DNA of 64,000 bases, from positions 45,007 to 109,006 of the forward strand of contig JAXMOL010000022.1 of the NCBI GenBank assembly GCA_034669905.1, given 5' to 3'. The position numbers and the translations under genes were made by a program. This document shows positions 9,664-18,952 of this stretch, in pieces (the stretch's first letter is position 1; the number at the start of each line of letters is the position of its first letter). This DNA is from Candidatus Hydrogenedentota bacterium. GTDB taxonomy: Bacteria > Hydrogenedentota > Hydrogenedentia > Hydrogenedentales > JAEUWI01. The notes beneath the pieces were generated by a model, which searched no databases, had not been told where the DNA came from, and saw only the letters and a list, made by a program, of their open reading frames with translations.

Positions 9664-11424
9664 TCAGTTGGCAGGTACGCGGATATCGTCCTTGGTGAAC
9701 TCCGAATCCAGGTGAATCCAGGTCTTATCGATATCGACGGGGCCTGTCATCAGCAATTCGCTCGTGATATCGGCCGAGTAGATGGGGGCGCTCAGGGCCA
9801 GCACTTCCACGGGGCCATATCCCTTGTTGGGGTTGGTCGGCTGCCGAATGACGCGTACCCGATAGGAACTTTCGTATTCCGTCTGCTGGGGCGAGGCGAA
9901 GGAAAAGCGGTCGCTATCGACCACCTGGGTCAACACCGGGTAACCGTCGCGCAGTAACTGCACTTTGGCGCCTTGGGCGTTAAAGACGGTTACGTGAAAG
10001 GCCACCTCAATACGGAGCGGCACAGCGCCCCCCACACCCACGTCCATCTTATTGTCCACGAGGGCATCAGCACGAAAGTCGATTTCTACCCCGCCAATTT
10101 CGCTGCTGACGAAAGTACGTCCCATTCGCAATCCATGAAGAATACCTTCCAGCGACTTGTTCGGTGCTTTCACCCAGGTAACCGGGGCCCCCATTGGCTT
10201 GCTGCGCTTGTCAATCATGCCCCCGGCAATGGGGCTACTTACCGCCCCCCGCCCAAGCTCATAGTCCCAGAAGAGTGCCGCCTGATCATTGGCGGAAACA
10301 CTCACGTTCTTCCGCTTCGCGGCGGCGGCCGCTGCCTGGGTCTTATCGGATACCGCCGCTGCCGCTGCGATAGAACGCTTCAATTTGCCGTTCTCCCGGA
10401 CTTTCTCGGCTTCAGAGAGGTCAGACAGGTGAAGCGGCGGTGCGGCCCGCCAGGGGCCGTTCCAGACCTGTACGGCATTCACAAAGCCAAGCCCCCAACG
10501 CCAGGGCGCTTCGGAAAAGCAGGGATGGGCGATGGCAAAGACACCTCCCTGACTCTGGATACGGATACACTCCGCCTGGGCCGCTTCCCGCGTCGTGGGC
10601 ATGCCCGGCTCGGTGGCGGGGCCATAAATCAATCCAATCCCCTGTTCTCTGGTGCCCCAGGCCAACGCCGGGATCAGGACCACACTGTCCGACTTGAAAC
10701 CCGGATCATAGTAAGCCTCCATGGTATTCAGGTCGGTAATCGCAAGGAAGTCGAGGCCCGCTTTCTCCGCACGGGCCACCAGCTCAGCCACCGTCTCCTC
10801 CCCACCCCCATAGGTGCTTACGGCATGCAGTTCGCCCTTGTACCATTTGTCCTCTTCGGAAAAAACCCGCTGATCAAAAACTATCGGACGATGTCCCGGG
10901 ATACTGCGCGGATCCTCCGGGTCGGTCCCCACGATCAATTCGACCTTATCGATGGCCAGATCTTTATCGAGATCATAATCGTGCACGGTGAGTTTACCGC
11001 TGGCGCCTTCGAGCAGATTCACCAGCACATAGGACGTGTCCCCTTCGCTCACGGAGAGCTCCTGGGCATGCACCATGACGGGAACCTTTTCATCATAGAC
11101 ATAGACGTAGGCGTAGTACGCGCCCACCCCCGGGTGTATGGTCTGGAGTCCCGGTGCAATCTCGAACGCCGTTTTCCGGAAGTCGCTGACGTCTTGAAGT
11201 TCCAGTCGGGAGGCCAGGCTGCGACCATTCACATCGGACACGTCGATTTCCACCGTGCCTTTTGCGGAGGACGACGGCGCGGTGGCCGGCTTCGGCGTTG
11301 GAATCGAAGTGCCCTGCTCCGCGGATTCTGACGTGGCCTCGCTTGAATCGGCCGACGGCGTGGTGGGTGTCGAAGCACATCCGGCTACCAACAGTATGAT
11401 GAAACTACACAATCCGAGTCGCAT
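9664..11424 (-). CDS. Lipoprotein with a CehA/McbA-like PHP domain whose metal ligands are degenerate
   Basis: Lipobox VAGC; WYKGELH, GLDFLAITD, AHP and LRMGRTFVS; DYDLDKD...ELIVGTDP Ca-binding-like motif. Confidence 0.75.
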   Translation of the reverse strand: MRLGLCSFIILLVAGCASTPTTPSADSSEATSESAEQGTSIPTPKPATAPSSSAKGTVEIDVSDVNGRSLASRLELQDVSDFRKTAFEIAPGLQTIHPGVGAYYAYVYVYDEKVPVMVHAQELSVSEGDTSYVLVNLLEGASGKLTVHDYDLDKDLAIDKVELIVGTDPEDPRSIPGHRPIVFDQRVFSEEDKWYKGELHAVSTYGGGEETVAELVARAEKAGLDFLAITDLNTMEAYYDPGFKSDSVVLIPALAWGTREQGIGLIYGPATEPGMPTTREAAQAECIRIQSQGGVFAIAHPCFSEAPWRWGLGFVNAVQVWNGPWRAAPPLHLSDLSEAEKVRENGKLKRSIAAAAAVSDKTQAAAAAAKRKNVSVSANDQAALFWDYELGRGAVSSPIAGGMIDKRSKPMGAPVTWVKAPNKSLEGILHGLRMGRTFVSSEIGGVEIDFRADALVDNKMDVGVGGAVPLRIEVAFHVTVFNAQGAKVQLLRDGYPVLTQVVDSDRFSFASPQQTEYESSYRVRVIRQPTNPNKGYGPVEVLALSAPIYSADITSELLMTGPVDIDKTWIHLDSEFTKDDIRVPAN

Positions 11425-11728
11425 TCGGTGCTCCTATCCTGAGATTTCATGTGCCCATATACCCGCGTCGCAGGCGTCATGTCCCTGCGCTTCGAACCCG
11501 CTGCGTTCGTCCCATCCAGGCTTCCGCATTTCCGCGGACCTTCTCACGTCAACGTCTTACCCGGCGCACGGGTTGACCACGAAGCAACGTGGTTGAAGGG
11601 GTACTGCCTCCGCAGCAGCGCACGACACAACAGAAGGCGATTATACCCTGTGGTGAATCAAACAACAACGGTCGCGCCTCCTTCCGGGAAGCGCCGGATT
11701 TCCCAAAAAAACATTTGCAGAAATGAAC

Positions 11729-11758
11729 TTGCCATAAACTCCTTGTGCAGTTTAGAAT
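11729..11758 (+). promoter_or_regulatory. Sigma70 promoter upstream of gntR
   Basis: TTGCCA (11729-11734), N18, TAGAAT (11753-11758). Confidence 0.6.
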
Positions 11759-11940
11759 ACATAGGGAGCTGGTTCTTTATGTAATACTACAGTTCGGGGC
11801 GTTGTCGATAGTTCAGAATTCGTTTCCGACGGTTTGCACACGTTGTAGCTTGAGGAAATGAAACAAACGAGTGCACCGTACTTACTCCGGTGTAGAAAGC
11901 AGGTCCGATGCCACGCCAAAAACACCAATCCAGCGAAGAA

Positions 11941-12387
11941 ATGCTTCAGATGCTCTCCAGCATCGATATCCACAGCAACGTTGCCGTGTATCTGCAGATT
12001 GAAAATCATGTTCAATTTGCGATTACCGCCGGCCGTCTCACCGCCGGAGAACAGCTCCCCTCCGTCCGTGAGTTGTCCGAACGGCTCGACGTCAATCCCA
12101 ACACGGTGGCCAAAGCCTATCGCGATCTGGAAGTCATGGGATTGCTCTATACCCGCCGTGGAAAAGGCGTGTTCGTAAAAGACGGCATCGAGAAGAAATG
12201 CCGTGAGGATTGTATGGACCGTATCGTGGCCCGCATCCATGAAGTCATGGTCGAAGCCCGGGTGGCCGGCATGAACCCCAAGGTGGTCAATGAAATTGTG
12301 GCCAAGTGCCTGGCCAACGGTGCCAGCCCCTATGCCCCCCCGCCCGCCTCCCTGTTGAAAATGGCCCGAAAAGCGACCCGCAAATAA
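11941..12387 (+). CDS. GntR-family regulator (YtrA-like, short C-terminus)
   Basis: VYLQI, GEQLPSVRELS, VNPNTVAKAYRDLE and RRGKGVFV; start uncertain (11908, 11941 or 11950). Confidence 0.93.
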   Translation: MLQMLSSIDIHSNVAVYLQIENHVQFAITAGRLTAGEQLPSVRELSERLDVNPNTVAKAYRDLEVMGLLYTRRGKGVFVKDGIEKKCREDCMDRIVARIHEVMVEARVAGMNPKVVNEIVAKCLANGASPYAPPPASLLKMARKATRK

Positions 12388-12412
12388 CCCCCTGCCTCCC
12401 ACCTGATTTCTT

Positions 12413-12446
12413 GCCGTTGCTGCGACTGCAGCAGCGGTCTTTTTTT
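12413..12446 (+). terminator. Intrinsic terminator after gntR
   Basis: GCCGTTGCTGC-gact-GCAGCAGCGGT followed by C and a T-run. Confidence 0.8.
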
Positions 12447-12685
12447 GCTGTCAACTTTAGACCCCTGTGCATCGTTATATCGGTAGATGGCAACACAATG
12501 ATCCATTGCGTCCTATCCGGCTCCGACCATGAAGGCCCCCCACGGGTCTAAGGCCTTGTATTCTGGGCCTGTCATACCGGACTGACGAAAATGTACAACA
12601 AACTGTCAGTCCCCTTAACCCCATATATGCCAAGGATTTCCCATCGCCCCCCATGGCACATCGACAGAAATTTAACACATAACTC

Positions 12686-12714
12686 TTGACATTCCTGTTT
12701 AATTCATGTACACT
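12686..12714 (+). promoter_or_regulatory. Near-consensus sigma70 promoter for the recombinase-domain gene
   Basis: TTGACA (12686-12691), N17, TACACT (12709-12714). Confidence 0.85.
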
Positions 12715-12898
12715 GAGGGTGTAATTCTTGGGAAAGTATTAACTGCGGACTTGCCGGATTCCCCGGCACCTTGCGATTCGTTTCGTCTCGCGGACGTAAC
12801 AATTCAGACCTCATACGTTCTTATTTGCCTTCGAAAGTCATGTGGACGTTCGAAGACCTGACGAGCGCAAGTCAAACTCATGTGGAGGTGCGAAACAT

Positions 12899-13423
12899 AT
12901 GAGTACGGAAACACATCTTGGAACGGAAGTAGAAGTTAGTGAAGGCCCGGGTCGTCTGACCCACGGGGCCAAAGTGAAACGTGGCCAGCTCACTTCGGTG
13001 CAGCAGGGCCGCTATGGAACAGGTCCCGCCCCCTATGGCTACCGGCGCGGACTGGAAGGCGAAAAGCCCCTGGTCGTAGACGATCGGGAAGCCGAAGTGG
13101 TACGCCTTATTTTCCGCGAATACCTGGTAACCCGGAGCACCGGGAAAGTGGTGAACTATCTCCACAGCAAGAACATTTTTACCCGCAAGGGGAACAAATG
13201 GTCCCGTCAGGCGATTGCAATCATCCTCTCCAACCGGACCTATCGCGGTCGCGTCAGCTATGGCGATTTGGAGACGGAAGGCCTGCATGAGCCCATCATC
13301 GAGCCGGCCCTCTTTTACAAGGCCAATGCCCTCAAGGAACGCAAACGGCGTCAGTCGAAAGACCAATTGCCCATGGCGTCTGCCCCGAAGAAGCCGGGGA
13401 ATTTCCGATGGGTCGCTCCCTGA
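12899..13423 (+). CDS. Stand-alone Recombinase (large serine recombinase DNA-binding) domain protein with no catalytic domain
   Basis: GPAPYGY, EAEVVRLIFREY, WSRQAIAIILSNRTYRG and HEPII; GGAGG RBS; no YxRVS resolvase motif upstream. Confidence 0.85.
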   Translation: MSTETHLGTEVEVSEGPGRLTHGAKVKRGQLTSVQQGRYGTGPAPYGYRRGLEGEKPLVVDDREAEVVRLIFREYLVTRSTGKVVNYLHSKNIFTRKGNKWSRQAIAIILSNRTYRGRVSYGDLETEGLHEPIIEPALFYKANALKERKRRQSKDQLPMASAPKKPGNFRWVAP

Positions 13424-13444
13424 CCTGAAGCTCCCAGCATTACG

Positions 13445-13492
13445 AAAAAGACCGCTGCGGAATCCAAGTGATTCTACAGCGGTCTTTCTTTT
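13445..13492. terminator. Bidirectional intrinsic terminator between convergent genes
   Basis: AAAGACCGCTG...CAGCGGTCTTT stem with an A-run before and a T-run after. Confidence 0.85.
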
Positions 13493-13538
13493 GTAAGCGT
13501 TTGACTAAGAAGACGTAAGCAAGCGGTGTACCCGTGGC

Positions 13539-14198
13539 TCAGCGACCGGTCCACACATCGGGTTCGTTCGGCTCACTCAATTCGATACGGTCATCTTCCG
13601 GCAACAACAACTCCGGACTGTCGGCATCCTGGGCACCCGTGGTAGGTTCCGGCTCCGCAACGGGCGTGTCGGCGACCTTGGCTTCCGCCTCCGCCTCATC
13701 GGCCTCATCAGGATTTTGCAATTCCGCTTCGGGCTCCGCGTCCACGGCCTCCCCTTCCCCCGCGCCTTCGCCCTCTGCTCCCGAACCATAACCGACCGTC
13801 TCTTCCGGATATGCTCCCTTATCCACACCGTACTGATTGTCGTCGCTCGACTCCCAGCCATAGGGGTCATCACCGTATTCGTCGATTTCCGTGCCGGCCA
13901 TCACCTTCCGGTCCTCCTCGTTCAGAGAAGGATTCCCCGGCTCAGACCCCTCGTCGTCGTCCCCGTGGGTCAGCGAATCAATATACTTTTCCGGATCAAT
14001 CTTGGAGAGTTGGTCCATCTCTTTTTTGATGGGCGTCAACTCTTTGGTCAAATCCGTCTTCACATCGTCCACATACCCCCGCAAATCACGCACTGTCCGA
14101 ATAACCAGTTTGGCAAAATCGGGAAACTTCTCCGGTCCGATTACCACCAGCGCAATACCGGCGATGAGAACCATCTCGCTGAAACCTATTCCAAGCAT
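13539..14198 (-). CDS. tatB: Twin-arginine translocase TatB with a long acidic tail
   Basis: MLGIGFSEMVLIAGIALVVIGPEKFP; adjacent to tatC. Confidence 0.88.
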   Translation of the reverse strand: MLGIGFSEMVLIAGIALVVIGPEKFPDFAKLVIRTVRDLRGYVDDVKTDLTKELTPIKKEMDQLSKIDPEKYIDSLTHGDDDEGSEPGNPSLNEEDRKVMAGTEIDEYGDDPYGWESSDDNQYGVDKGAYPEETVGYGSGAEGEGAGEGEAVDAEPEAELQNPDEADEAEAEAKVADTPVAEPEPTTGAQDADSPELLLPEDDRIELSEPNEPDVWTGR

Positions 14199-14212
14199 GG
14201 GATTTGTACTCC

Positions 14213-15067
14213 TTATTCAGCCTGGGCTTCTTCTGCCCGGCGACGTCGAATGACGAGATAAGACAACCAGATGCTCCCTTCGTAGAGCCCATAAAGGGGC
14301 ACGAGCATGAAGGTCATGGTGATGGGGTCGGGCGGAGTGAGCATGGCCGAACACACCGCCAACCCGACTATGGTTATCTTACGGTACTGTTTCAAGGTGT
14401 CGGGGGTCAAAATGCCGAGATACACCAGAATCAGCACCACCATAGGAAATTGAAAGGCAATACCAAAGGCCAGCAGGGCCTTGAAAATCATCGAGACGGT
14501 CTCGTTCATCCGAAGCTGAACACTGACACCCTCGGGCACGAAATTGGCCAGATAAGGCAGCACAAAGGGCAACACACCGAAATAGGCCACCGCCACCCCC
14601 GCAAAGGCCAGCAAACTACAACCTACGAGCAGAAACTGAGCTGCCCGTCGCTCCCGATCGTGGAGTCCGGGAAAAATGAAGGCACATAGCTGGAAAAGTA
14701 TCACCGGGATGGCAAATAGCAATCCGCCATAACCCGCGATCTTCAACTTGACGAATACGGGCTCCAAGGGGTTAAGAACGGTCCAATTCGCGGACTTCAA
14801 CGCCCCATCATCGCTTTCCACCGCCATATCGTTGGACGGCACCGGTCCCCCCTCCACCGTAGGCGCGCCGCTGCTGACATTCACATTGGGAATCGTCGTG
14901 TCCAGAATCTGCAAGGGGCGGGCAAGGGCGGCGAAGATAAAATCCGACAGGATGTAACATATCAGCACACCCACCATCACGGCGATACCTGAGCGAATCA
15001 AACGAACCCGCAACTCACCCAGGTGCTCGGTAAAACTCATTCGCGCTTCATCATCCGACACTGCCAA
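14213..15067 (-). CDS. tatC: Twin-arginine translocase TatC
   Basis: MSFTEHLGELRVRL, FIFPGL, FGIAFQFP, LTPPDPIT and LYEGSI. Confidence 0.95.
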   Translation of the reverse strand: MAVSDDEARMSFTEHLGELRVRLIRSGIAVMVGVLICYILSDFIFAALARPLQILDTTIPNVNVSSGAPTVEGGPVPSNDMAVESDDGALKSANWTVLNPLEPVFVKLKIAGYGGLLFAIPVILFQLCAFIFPGLHDRERRAAQFLLVGCSLLAFAGVAVAYFGVLPFVLPYLANFVPEGVSVQLRMNETVSMIFKALLAFGIAFQFPMVVLILVYLGILTPDTLKQYRKITIVGLAVCSAMLTPPDPITMTFMLVPLYGLYEGSIWLSYLVIRRRRAEEAQAE

Positions 15068-15104
15068 TTCCTTTTCGTCTTCGCTATCGCTATGCAGTCA
15101 CCAT

Positions 15105-15131
15105 AAAAAAAGGGTGTCTTTTCAGACACCC
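15105..15131 (-). terminator. Intrinsic terminator after the HU/IHF gene
   Basis: GGGTGTCT / AGACACCC stem with a T7 tail on the minus strand. Confidence 0.8.
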
Positions 15132-15184
15132 GAATAGTAACATTTATAAAGTATCCAGCGCACGATTACGATGCGTTCAACGCA

Positions 15185-15538
15185 TCAGAATGCGCCTCCC
15201 TGTGCCGACCGTTCCTCGTCTTCGTGGTGGCCACCTACCGTGGGCGGAATACCCGTCGGATCCGCCTTCTCCACCCACTCTTTCAACGCTTTTCCCGGTT
15301 TAAAGATGGGAATACGCTTTTCTGAGATAGGCACCGAGTCCCCCGTGCGCGGATTCCGTCCCAATCGGGCATCACGAATCTTCACCTCAAAGACACCGAA
15401 GTTTCGGATCTCCAGGCGATCACCATGAGACAGGGCCTCGGTAATAGTATCGAGGGTCGTCTGCACCACATCGGACACTTCATTCTGGGTGAAGCCTAAC
15501 TGCTCCGCTACGCTGATCACCAATTCACGCTTGGTCAC
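15185..15538 (-). CDS. HU/IHF-family DNA-binding protein
   Basis: TKRELV, EIRNFGVFEV, GRNPRTG and FKPGKALKE. Confidence 0.95.
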   Translation of the reverse strand: MTKRELVISVAEQLGFTQNEVSDVVQTTLDTITEALSHGDRLEIRNFGVFEVKIRDARLGRNPRTGDSVPISEKRIPIFKPGKALKEWVEKADPTGIPPTVGGHHEDEERSAQGGAF

Positions 15539-15589
15539 CGCCGTCCCTTTCGTCCGATTACGCAGGCCACTTCTGCAGCCCGCAGCCCG

Positions 15590-16168
15590 TTAGAGACCGA
15601 GCGGTGCACGCCAGGCATTTGCAAGACCACCTGGGTTAATGAGGATAAAGCCTACAATGAGCGCCAGGATACCGAAGAGAATCAGGATCGTCTTCGTATT
15701 TTTGCTCATACCGCCACCACCGCCGCCGCCGCCAGCCATCTCACCGCCGGTCGGGGGAATAAAGATTTTCTCGCCTGCTTCGGCCCGCGCGCGCTTGTCG
15801 TCTACAGCGCCGAGGGTTTCATTGATGGCGATAAAGGCCCGGTGCCATTCCGTCTGAAGCTTCTTCACAGCCACTTCGGACTGGGAGTAGATAGCTTCAA
15901 GGCTGGTCGCACCAGAAACGATGTTCATCGTATTGTTGTCGAGCTCGTAGTCGTTGGCCAGGGTTTCCTTGAGCACCTTGTGGGTGCGCGCCAACTTACT
16001 CTTGATCTTCAGAAACTGGGTCTCCAACTCGGCCTTATTGATGCCGGGCTCAGGATACCGCGTAAGAATCTGATTGAAAAGCATCCAGTCATTCATGAAT
16101 TCCCGGCACAATTCCACGCGCCGCGATAACTGGTCTACAATCTTTTGTTGTTTTTTGCTAAGGGCCAT
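15590..16168 (-). CDS. Hypothetical helical protein with Gly linker and C-terminal TM helix
   Basis: Natural-looking helical sequence from MALSKKQQK; GGGGGGGG linker; hydrophobic C-terminal segment. Confidence 0.75.
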   Translation of the reverse strand: MALSKKQQKIVDQLSRRVELCREFMNDWMLFNQILTRYPEPGINKAELETQFLKIKSKLARTHKVLKETLANDYELDNNTMNIVSGATSLEAIYSQSEVAVKKLQTEWHRAFIAINETLGAVDDKRARAEAGEKIFIPPTGGEMAGGGGGGGGMSKNTKTILILFGILALIVGFILINPGGLANAWRAPLGL

Positions 16169-16337
16169 TGTTTGTAACCACTCCGCGTTGTAGTGTCCCC
16201 ACTCAGTAGAGCCTAATCTAGCATACGAGCAGGACAAAGTCAACCGGCACAATCTGATTTAAGTCCGCAGATTGTAACCGCTTACAGATGTCTTGATTCC
16301 ATGACAATTATAGCTGCAAAACCGTAAAAACACAAAT

Positions 16338-16916
16338 TTAATGCCGGGCCTGACCCAGCGCCAGAAAATTCCGAATCAATTGCTTGCCACATCCTGTCAG
16401 AATGCTCTCCGGATGAAACTGAAGGCCCCACACCGGATCCTTCCGATGGGCCACGGCCATGATCTCCCCCGCATCGGTTTCAGCAATGATTTCCAGCGAT
16501 TCGGGGCAACTTTCCCGTTCGATAATCAGCGAGTGATATCGGGTCGCCTCAAAGGGCGAAGCGATGTCGGCAAAGAGCGGGTGACCGGTATGGTGCATGG
16601 CGCTGATTTTGCCGTGCATGATACGGTCAGCGCGCACGATATTTCCGCCGTAGGCGGCGCCAATACTCTGGTGCCCCAGGCACACGCCAAGAATCGGGAA
16701 ATCCGGACCGAGCTCGCGAATGACATCCACCGAAATCCCGGCTTCATTGGGCGTGCACGGACCAGGCGACACGATAATATGATCAGGTTTGAGTTCCCGC
16801 ACCCCCGCGACATCGATCGCGTCGTTGCGGAAGACCCGCACATCATCCACCACCTCCCCGAAGTACTGGACCAGATTGTAGGTAAACGAATCGTAGTTGT
16901 CAATCAGCACTATCAT
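16338..16916 (-). CDS. trpG: Anthranilate synthase component II (glutamine amidotransferase)
   Basis: IDNYDSFTYNL, SPGPCTP, GVCLGHQ, RYHSL and QFHPES; overlaps the trpE stop. Confidence 0.95.
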   Translation of the reverse strand: MIVLIDNYDSFTYNLVQYFGEVVDDVRVFRNDAIDVAGVRELKPDHIIVSPGPCTPNEAGISVDVIRELGPDFPILGVCLGHQSIGAAYGGNIVRADRIMHGKISAMHHTGHPLFADIASPFEATRYHSLIIERESCPESLEIIAETDAGEIMAVAHRKDPVWGLQFHPESILTGCGKQLIRNFLALGQARH

Positions 16917-18403
16917 GAATCCAGTCCTTTCTCCGCAAACTCCACCGCCCGAAAGAGGGCCTTGGCCTTGTTCTGCGTCTCTTCATATTCCCGGTCTGGA
17001 TCACTGTCATACACGATGCCGGCCCCTGCCTGACAATAGGCGGTGCCATCTTTCACGATCATGGTGCGAATGAGGATACAGGTATCCATATCCCCCGAAT
17101 AACTGATGTAACCGCAACCACCGGAATAGGGACCCCGCCGCTCCGTTTCCAGTTCGTCGATGATTTGCATGGCCCGAATTTTCGGTGCACCGCTTACGGT
17201 GCCCATGGGAAAGGTCGCTTCCAACGCGTCATAGGCGTCACAATCGTCACGCAGGTCCCCTTCCACTTCGCTGACAATATGCATGACGTGGGAGTAGCGT
17301 TCGATGACCATGCGCTTTCCGGGAACAGGCGCTACCGTGCCGGGCTTGCTGATGCGGCCAATGTCGTTACGCCCCAAATCCAGGAGCATGACATGTTCCG
17401 CGATTTCTTTTTCGTCGGCCAGCAGATCGACTTCGTAGGCCTGGTCTTCTGCCGCCGTTTTTCCCCGGGGCCGCGTGCCGGCGATGGGGCGCACCATGGC
17501 CTTCCCTTTGTTTACCCGCGTCATCACTTCCGGACTGGAACCGACGAGGGCGAATTCGGGGAACTGCATGAGCAGCATGTAGGGAGATGGATTAATAGAA
17601 CGGAGAGAGCGATAGAGCGTCACGGGGGCGGCCGTCACGGGGCGCTGAAAACGCTGGGAGAGCACCACCTGAAAGATATCTCCCGCGCAAATGTATTCTT
17701 TCGCCCGGTTGACCACGTCGCAGAAGGCTTCCCGCGTAAAGTTGGATTGGATATCATTGGGCAAGCCGCTGACGGTGGGCTCGACCATCACGTCACTGAG
17801 CGGTTGTTTCAACTGGGTTTCCAGCGCTTCGATTTTGGCGACCCCGGTGGCGTAGGCCTTGTCGACGTCTCCGTCAACATGCACATTGGACACGATCTTG
17901 ATTCGATTATTGACATGATCGAAGAGCAGCATCGTATCGGTAATGACGAAATAGAGATCCGGGAGATTGAGGGTATCGGGATTTTCGTCGGGGAGGGTCT
18001 CGAAGAAGCGCACCTGATCGTAGGAGAGATAGCCCACCGCCCCGCCGTGAAACTCCGGCAAACCGGCCATCTCCACCGGCTTATAATCGGCCATGACCCG
18101 GCGCAATTCGTGGAGGGGCTTTTCCGCGGAGAATGTCGTTTCCTTTCCCCCGCGCTCGATCGTTACCTCGGTACCTTTTGCCCGGAAAATTACCGACGGA
18201 TTCGCGCCGATAAACGAGTATTGGCCGAGTGAGCCCGCCTGCTCCACGCTTTCGAGCAGAAAGGCGTGGGACTGGCCCTGGGCAATTTTCATGTAGGCCG
18301 AAACCGGTGTTTCGAGATCGGCGAGGATTTCCTGGTATACCGGCACCACGGCACCGGGTTTGGCCACCTTCCGGAAGTCTTCCAGCGATGGATGAAGCAT
18401 CAT
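16913..18403 (-). CDS. trpE: Anthranilate synthase component I
   Basis: DLETPVSAY, FLLES, NPSPYM, PIAGTRPRG, EHVMLLDLGRND and GTVSGAPK; start moved to 18403. Confidence 0.95.
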   Translation of the reverse strand: MMLHPSLEDFRKVAKPGAVVPVYQEILADLETPVSAYMKIAQGQSHAFLLESVEQAGSLGQYSFIGANPSVIFRAKGTEVTIERGGKETTFSAEKPLHELRRVMADYKPVEMAGLPEFHGGAVGYLSYDQVRFFETLPDENPDTLNLPDLYFVITDTMLLFDHVNNRIKIVSNVHVDGDVDKAYATGVAKIEALETQLKQPLSDVMVEPTVSGLPNDIQSNFTREAFCDVVNRAKEYICAGDIFQVVLSQRFQRPVTAAPVTLYRSLRSINPSPYMLLMQFPEFALVGSSPEVMTRVNKGKAMVRPIAGTRPRGKTAAEDQAYEVDLLADEKEIAEHVMLLDLGRNDIGRISKPGTVAPVPGKRMVIERYSHVMHIVSEVEGDLRDDCDAYDALEATFPMGTVSGAPKIRAMQIIDELETERRGPYSGGCGYISYSGDMDTCILIRTMIVKDGTAYCQAGAGIVYDSDPDREYEETQNKAKALFRAVEFAEKGLDS

Positions 18404-18437
18404 GTGTTCCCTTATCGTCGTGCCCGAAGGCCGACTC

Positions 18438-18803
18438 TTATTCGGCAGCGACCCCGTCACCGGCCAGGGTGAGGGATTCGTCGTCATTAACGCGCCGGTA
18501 AAAACAACTGGTCTCATTGGTGTGGCAGGTGGGGCCGACCGGATCGCACTGGAGCACGAGGGCATCGCCATCACAATCGATGCGAATATCCTTTACGTGG
18601 AGCACATTGCCGGACGTTTCGCCCTTAAGCCACAGGGTCTGGCGGGAACGTGACCAGAAGCAGGCTTTCTTTTCTTTGAGCGTAATGCCAAGCGACTCAC
18701 GATTCATGTAGCCCACCATGAGGACCTGTCCGGTTTCATGGTGCTGGATAACGGCACAAACAAGGCCATCTGCGTCGTATTTAAGTAGATCATCGAGGGT
18801 CAT
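18438..18803 (-). CDS. hisI: Phosphoribosyl-AMP cyclohydrolase
   Basis: FWSRSRQTLWLKGETSGN, DCDGD and PTCHTNETSCF. Confidence 0.95.
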   Translation of the reverse strand: MTLDDLLKYDADGLVCAVIQHHETGQVLMVGYMNRESLGITLKEKKACFWSRSRQTLWLKGETSGNVLHVKDIRIDCDGDALVLQCDPVGPTCHTNETSCFYRRVNDDESLTLAGDGVAAE

Positions 18804-18895
18804 GGTGTACGCTCCTTTACGCGAGGCAACCCCTTACGGGGAAGATTCAGGTACTTCTTGGGGTATAAAAAGGGAAAGGGCAGGTTGAGGGGTGC

Positions 18896-18952
18896 TCAGC
18901 CGCAGACAGAGTGAAGACGCCATCGAAAACGCTCAGGGTATCGATGTTGCAT
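18896..18952 (-). CDS. Putative leader peptide MQHRYPERFRWRLHSVCG upstream of hisI-trpE-trpG
   Basis: 18-codon ORF read by hand; AAGGGAG RBS 8 nt upstream; one Trp and two His codons; followed by a C/T-rich tract. Confidence 0.65.
   Translation of the reverse strand: MQHRYPERFRWRLHSVCG

Noticed and set aside
9973..11331. Long antisense ORFs (452 aa here; also 17165-18232, 8728-9630, 35639-36553)
   Set aside because: They lie opposite well-supported genes and are typical high-GC shadow frames
12842..13423. Active integrase or prophage boundary
   Set aside because: No catalytic domain, no cargo genes, and housekeeping neighbours on both sides
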